Assembly: GCA_048886685.1 (NCBI GenBank) | Contig: JBHLKM010000006.1 | Coordinates: 96,001-160,000, forward strand | Direction of reading: 5' to 3' | Source of the DNA: Candidatus Hodarchaeota archaeon | Lineage (GTDB): Archaea > Asgardarchaeota > Lokiarchaeia > Sigyniarchaeales > SOKP01 | DNA: 64,000 nucleotides | In this document: positions 59,198-64,000 of the stretch, piece by piece | Layout of the letters: each line of letters opens with the position of its first letter | Numbering within the stretch: position 1 is the first letter of the stretch | Program-made: the position numbers and the translations under genes | Notes under the pieces: model-generated | The model's database searches: none | Told to the model about the DNA's origin: nothing | What the model saw: only the letters and a program-made list of their open reading frames with translations

Positions 59198-61101
59198 AAT
59201 GGAATGGATACACTGGGAATATTTTACATGTGAATTTACGTGAGAAAAAGACTAAAATTACAAATCAAAATATTGATGACATCAAAAAGTTCATAGGTGG
59301 GTTTGGAGTAAATGTTAAACTCGCAGCGGAATTAATTAAACCTAATATCTCTCCATTTAGTTCTAAAAATTATATCATAATAGGAGCAGGACCATTAGTT
59401 GGTACAATTACCCCGGGTTCCTCTCGAACTGTAGGAGTAAGTAAATTTCCAGCCAGTGGAGCAATTGGTTATTCATGTGGGAGTATGAGCTTTGGATCCC
59501 AGTTGAAAAATGCCGGATTTGATCATATTATTATCTCAAGCAAAGCAGAAAAGCCATCTTATTTATTGATTCAAAATAATCACGTTGAACTCAAAAATGG
59601 GTATAAAATTTGGGGAACAGATATTGTAGATTCCACAAACTTTTTGCAAAAAAAGTACAAAGATTGTAGCGTAATTGCAATAGGACAAGCTGGGGAAAAC
59701 CTTGTATATAATTCTTTAGCACTTATTGATAAAACTTCAACATTTGGACGTGGAGGACTAGGAGCAGTTATGGGATCTAAAAACCTTAAAGCAATTGTAG
59801 TACAAGGAACACAAGATATTTCAATTGCATATCCTAATGAATTCAATAATTTATATTTTAAACTATTTGAAAGGATTCGAACCTATCCCCTGAGAGAATC
59901 TTGGATTGATTTTGGAATGCTAAGAAGTTTACCCGTTGGGGCGCTTTTAAAAGTTAAAGGTCAAAAAGAAAAAGCTCACCAATGTAGTGAATCAGAATAT
60001 TTAAAAAAGTTGAAAAAACGTCGAATAGCTTGCCCCTCTTGCCCTATGGCGGATAAAGATATTCTTGAGCTTAAAGATGGATGTTATTCCGGATTAATAA
60101 ATTATACTTCTTCAGTAATAAATCCTTTCCTCATCTTTACACTTGAAGGGTTAAACAATGTTAATGAAAATATAAAATTTTTTGACCTTATTAATCGGTA
60201 TGGACTGGATGCATTAAATATTAAAGGTCTATTTGAATTTTTAGATAGAATGTATAAAATAAAGATTTTATCAGAACAAAATACTGGGTTAGATTGGAAA
60301 AATGAAATTAATAGTATGATTAGGCTAATTGAAATGATTGTTTTTCGGAAGGGATTTGGTAATATTCTGGCAGATGGCTGGGAAAAATTGGGTGAAAGCT
60401 ATGAAAATCTTATAGATAGAATGACTATAGTAAAAGGGTTAGATATAGTATTTGAACCTCGACTATTAAGGTTAGGAACGATGGAATTTGAACAAGTTGT
60501 TAACCCTAAAGGGGCACACGTTGCTTCTGGAGGGTCGCCTACATATGTAGGTGTTGGAACATCTACTGAAAAATTTAAAAACCACTTTGATCGAATGGGA
60601 ATTCCTAAAGAAGCGATTAAAAGAATATTTTCACCCTCAAAAAAAGAAATGATAATAAATATTGGTAGAATAACAAAATATTCAGAGGACTGGTATGCCC
60701 TATTGAGTTCTTTAGGTTTATGTGCAAGGGCTCAAATGAATCGTTTTTGGAGTCTCGAATCTGCTACCAATTTTTATAATGTAATAACAGGAATAAACCT
60801 GAAATCTGAAGAAATAAGGAAAGCTGCTGAACGTTCATGGAATTTACTTAAAATTTTAAACACTAGAGAAGGTTTCTCTCGAAATGATGATAAATTTCCT
60901 GAAGAATGGTTTAAACCTTTAAAATATGGAAAAAACTATTTCCCATTCAAGGATTTCTTTGGAGAAATAACAATTACCCAAGAAATTGCTAACCAATTGC
61001 TCGATGATTATTATGAAGAGCGGGGTTGGAATATATTTGACGGAAATCTAACTGAAGAAAAGATAAAAGAACTAGATTTAGAAGTCTATATAAATAATTG
61101 A
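59194..61101 (+). CDS. Aldehyde:ferredoxin oxidoreductase family (W/Mo-pterin)
   Basis: GYTGNILHVNL, IGQAGENLV, GRGGLGAVMGSKNLKAI, CPSCPMA, YYEERGW. Confidence 0.9.
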   Translation: MKWNGYTGNILHVNLREKKTKITNQNIDDIKKFIGGFGVNVKLAAELIKPNISPFSSKNYIIIGAGPLVGTITPGSSRTVGVSKFPASGAIGYSCGSMSFGSQLKNAGFDHIIISSKAEKPSYLLIQNNHVELKNGYKIWGTDIVDSTNFLQKKYKDCSVIAIGQAGENLVYNSLALIDKTSTFGRGGLGAVMGSKNLKAIVVQGTQDISIAYPNEFNNLYFKLFERIRTYPLRESWIDFGMLRSLPVGALLKVKGQKEKAHQCSESEYLKKLKKRRIACPSCPMADKDILELKDGCYSGLINYTSSVINPFLIFTLEGLNNVNENIKFFDLINRYGLDALNIKGLFEFLDRMYKIKILSEQNTGLDWKNEINSMIRLIEMIVFRKGFGNILADGWEKLGESYENLIDRMTIVKGLDIVFEPRLLRLGTMEFEQVVNPKGAHVASGGSPTYVGVGTSTEKFKNHFDRMGIPKEAIKRIFSPSKKEMIINIGRITKYSEDWYALLSSLGLCARAQMNRFWSLESATNFYNVITGINLKSEEIRKAAERSWNLLKILNTREGFSRNDDKFPEEWFKPLKYGKNYFPFKDFFGEITITQEIANQLLDDYYEERGWNIFDGNLTEEKIKELDLEVYINN

Positions 61102-61158
61102 AGCGTCAACAAAATAAAATAAGTAATTTAAAAAGTTAAAATCTATTTTGTAAAACTA

Positions 61159-62517
61159 ATGGAATTAAAACCTGATAAAATCTATAAGGATTATTTAAAA
61201 AATAAATTAGATAAATCCTCTGCTACTAAATTATTATTTTCTTTAATTGAAAATAGTGAAAAAGAAAAAATTAGGGCTGATTGTATTAAAGAGCTGGGTC
61301 GTATTGAAGCGAAAGACAGTCAAACTTTTAAATTTTTAGAAAATTTACTTATTTCTGATTCTAGTGAAATAATTCGAAATTCTGCCGCGCTTGCTTTAAG
61401 AAATAACTTTTTTGATAAAATTTTAGAGCCAATGAAATGGGCTCTCATTCATGAGGAATCTTCTTTTTGTTTAAATACAATCTATTTAATATTAATTAAT
61501 ATTATTCAAAATTTAGCCTCTAATTCAAATGTATTAGCAAAATCAACCTTATTAACAGAAGTTAGAAAAATTAGAAGGAAAGAATTTAAATTGGGATTTG
61601 AAATTCTATGTGAAAAAAAGGGATTAGATACTTTTACTAATAATGATTTAAGTGAGATTTTGATCAATTATTTTACTATAATCTTTTTAGAAAAATCCTT
61701 TTGGAGATTAAAATTTAGAATCGAGAATTGTACAATTGTTGAATTAGATTTTATTTTTAAAGGTTTAACAAACATACCTAGTGCAATTAAATATCTGACT
61801 CACTTGAGAACATTAATTGTTAGATATAATCAATTAACCCAACTCCCTGATTGGTTAGGATCTCTTTCCACTCTTGAAGAATTAAATATTAATGTAAATA
61901 ATTTGAATAAATTAACAAGCTCAATTGGAATGTTGAGTTCACTTAGGAAATTATTATTATGGAAGAATGAACTCACATATCTTCCACCTACAATTGGAAA
62001 ATTATCCTCTTTAGAAATCCTGAATTTAAGGCTAAATCAATTAAAAATATTACCAGAAACTGTAGGAAAGCTATCCTCACTGAAAGAATTAAACCTACAT
62101 GATAATCAATTAACCTATCTCCCAGAGTCATTGAAAGGACTCATCTCGTTAGAAAAACTCAATATAAGTTGGAATAATATTAAATTATTACCAAACTCCA
62201 TAGGATATCTTCCTTCACTTAAATTCTTAGATATCGAAAGAAATGAATTAGCTTTTCTTCCGAAAAGTATTGGTTATCTATCATCTTTAGAGTTTTTGAA
62301 TTTAAGTGATAATAAATTAAGAAGGATCCCGGAGACTATTGGGAATCTATCTTCTCTTCAATATTTAAATTTATCAAGAAACGAGTTAGATTCCATTCCT
62401 GAATCAATAGGATCGCTTAAATCACTAAAAGAGCTATATTTAGGGGAAAATAATATTAATAAGATTCCTAAAAACCTAAAAAATTTAGAACATAGCAAAT
62501 TGAAAATTTATATTTAA
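61159..62517 (+). CDS. HEAT-repeat + leucine-rich repeat protein (paralog of 57432-58922)
   Basis: FLENLLISDSSEIIR; tandem 23-aa LRRs. Confidence 0.88.
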   Translation: MELKPDKIYKDYLKNKLDKSSATKLLFSLIENSEKEKIRADCIKELGRIEAKDSQTFKFLENLLISDSSEIIRNSAALALRNNFFDKILEPMKWALIHEESSFCLNTIYLILINIIQNLASNSNVLAKSTLLTEVRKIRRKEFKLGFEILCEKKGLDTFTNNDLSEILINYFTIIFLEKSFWRLKFRIENCTIVELDFIFKGLTNIPSAIKYLTHLRTLIVRYNQLTQLPDWLGSLSTLEELNINVNNLNKLTSSIGMLSSLRKLLLWKNELTYLPPTIGKLSSLEILNLRLNQLKILPETVGKLSSLKELNLHDNQLTYLPESLKGLISLEKLNISWNNIKLLPNSIGYLPSLKFLDIERNELAFLPKSIGYLSSLEFLNLSDNKLRRIPETIGNLSSLQYLNLSRNELDSIPESIGSLKSLKELYLGENNINKIPKNLKNLEHSKLKIYI

Positions 62518-62533
62518 ATAAGATTGCCTTTAA

Positions 62534-64000
62534 CTATTGGGTTTCGTATAATTCTTTAATTTCTTGCACTGTTGTGATGTCTCTAGGTCCTTTTTCATAT
62601 CGTATACGTAAAAAAACAGGGAATCTCATAGAATAACCCAAAGTGACAAATTTTTCACTAATTGTAATCTCATCACCAGTTATCTCCATTACTACTTCTG
62701 GTTGAAACCATATGTCTGGTGTATCCTCACATATAACATAGTTCGATTTTTTATCAACTATATATTTATCCATTTCATTAGTTAGAGATTCTGATAATTC
62801 ATCGGTTAAACCCGAGAAAAAGCGAGTAAACGCAACAAATTTATCTAATTCTGGGTCATAAACTGCACCTACATATGTCCCAAATACTCCCGTTCTTCGA
62901 CCCTTTCCATAAAAAGCACCTATTAACACTACATCTACAGTGTCTTTTAATTTCCCTCCTTCTAAACTTTTTAATTTAAGCCACTTGTATCCGCGATTTC
63001 CTGCTTGATAAATTGAATCCTCTTTAATCGATTTAGCCATTATCCCTTCATTTCCTTCTTCTCCAGCTCTATTAAAGAATTCGAGCAATTCTTCGGTGGA
63101 ATTTATCAAAACTGAATTGACTAATCTTAGTTCATCTCTATCCTTAACAATTTCCTCAAGCTTTTTCCTACGTTCTGGAAAGGGTTTATCGACATATGAT
63201 TCATCTCCAAATTTTAAAAGATCAAATACAAATAAACATACTGGAACTTCTTTTAAAATCTCATCTACATCATATTTCCGTCTTCTTTGGCTTAAAACTT
63301 GAAAGGGGAGCATTTTTTCATAAACGTGATCCATAGCAACAACTTCTCCTTCAAATATCACATTTTCTGCCATGATATTTTCTCTAACGGTTTGACAGAC
63401 ATCAGGATATTGCTCTGAAATATCAAGTAATCGTCGTGAAAATAATATAACATTATCCTCACTTTTATGAATTTGAAGCCTTTCTCCATCTAATTTATAT
63501 TCCGCTACAAAAGGAACTCCTAATCTATTAGTGAACTCAGTATATATTTCTCGTGAAGCGAGCATACTTAGAATAGGTATACCATATTGTATATCTATCT
63601 TTTTTACTTCTTCTAAACCATGTTCTGCTAATACTTTTGAAATTTCGCCTAAATCAGGATGTAAGCTATAGGCTTTTTCAATAAAATCTTTATTTTCTCT
63701 CGTACCAGTGAAAGCGAGAGCTAAACCTTCTATTATTGTTGGTGACTGTACTCCTACTCGTAATGTAGAAGTTATAATCCTCAATAGATATTTATTTTCT
63801 AAGGGTGAACTTCTTCGCATCAATCCTCTCAATATTCCTAATTTTATATCATGTGAGCCGGCACCTTCAGTTAAAGCAATTTTTCTTAATTCAGAATACA
63901 ATTCAGAAATGTTTAGAAGCGGTTTCGATACCTCCTCACTTTGATTATAATCAAAAAGAGATTTTTGTTTCTTTTTTTTTGAAAGAATTAATTCTGCAGT
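62534..64000 (-). CDS. lig: ATP-dependent DNA ligase (5' end outside the window)
   Basis: EYKLDGER, FEGE, FVFD, EGIMAK, WLKLK, MRFP; frame is open to position 64000. Confidence 0.95.
   Translation of the reverse strand, partial: TAELILSKKKKQKSLFDYNQSEEVSKPLLNISELYSELRKIALTEGAGSHDIKLGILRGLMRRSSPLENKYLLRIITSTLRVGVQSPTIIEGLALAFTGTRENKDFIEKAYSLHPDLGEISKVLAEHGLEEVKKIDIQYGIPILSMLASREIYTEFTNRLGVPFVAEYKLDGERLQIHKSEDNVILFSRRLLDISEQYPDVCQTVRENIMAENVIFEGEVVAMDHVYEKMLPFQVLSQRRRKYDVDEILKEVPVCLFVFDLLKFGDESYVDKPFPERRKKLEEIVKDRDELRLVNSVLINSTEELLEFFNRAGEEGNEGIMAKSIKEDSIYQAGNRGYKWLKLKSLEGGKLKDTVDVVLIGAFYGKGRRTGVFGTYVGAVYDPELDKFVAFTRFFSGLTDELSESLTNEMDKYIVDKKSNYVICEDTPDIWFQPEVVMEITGDEITISEKFVTLGYSMRFPVFLRIRYEKGPRDITTVQEIKELYETQ

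Noticed and set aside
57432-62517. Periodic DNA similarity that might suggest a repeat array or CRISPR
   Set aside because: Explained by LRR coding repeats; no repeat-spacer structure, cas genes or transposases were seen in the window.
3275-63944. Many antisense or nested ORFs in the track (e.g. 7642-8166, 27423-27740, 37221-37649, 56324-56722)
   Set aside because: They overlap well-supported genes and have no motifs; shadow ORFs.

Overview
AT-rich archaeal DNA, most likely an Asgard archaeon (Lokiarchaeia-like). The evidence is a Rag-like GTPase, longin-Arf GTPases, uDENN/longin-like proteins, HEAT-LRR proteins, H4MPT/F420 enzymes and a eukaryote-like SECIS. The window has about 55 CDSs, mostly metabolic, one tRNA and no CRISPR array or transposase. 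Main observations: (1) a 30-nt insertion with two in-frame UAGs (2861-2890) inside the first CxxCxxC motif of a GlcF/HdrD-like Fe-S gene folds into a canonical bulge-helix-bulge (BHB) motif, and cutting at the standard BHB sites restores C-M-G-C-G-D-C in frame, so it is a candidate endonuclease-spliced mRNA intron; (2) tRNA-His(GUG) carries a 30-nt BHB intron at a non-canonical T-loop position; (3) hdrA (3 UGA) and mvhD (2 UGA) are selenoproteins fragmented by the ORF track, followed by one AUGA/GA-type SECIS; (4) a Rag + longin-Arf x2 + uDENN-PAS-GAF-PAS module has a readable duplication scar and a 65-nt identical tract; (5) fusions FrhB-PyrK and ABC permease-CPBP protease, a non-pyrrolysine MttB/corrinoid/homocysteine methyltransferase cluster, and apparent AUU starts. 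All calls come from motif recognition by eye; no database search was run.
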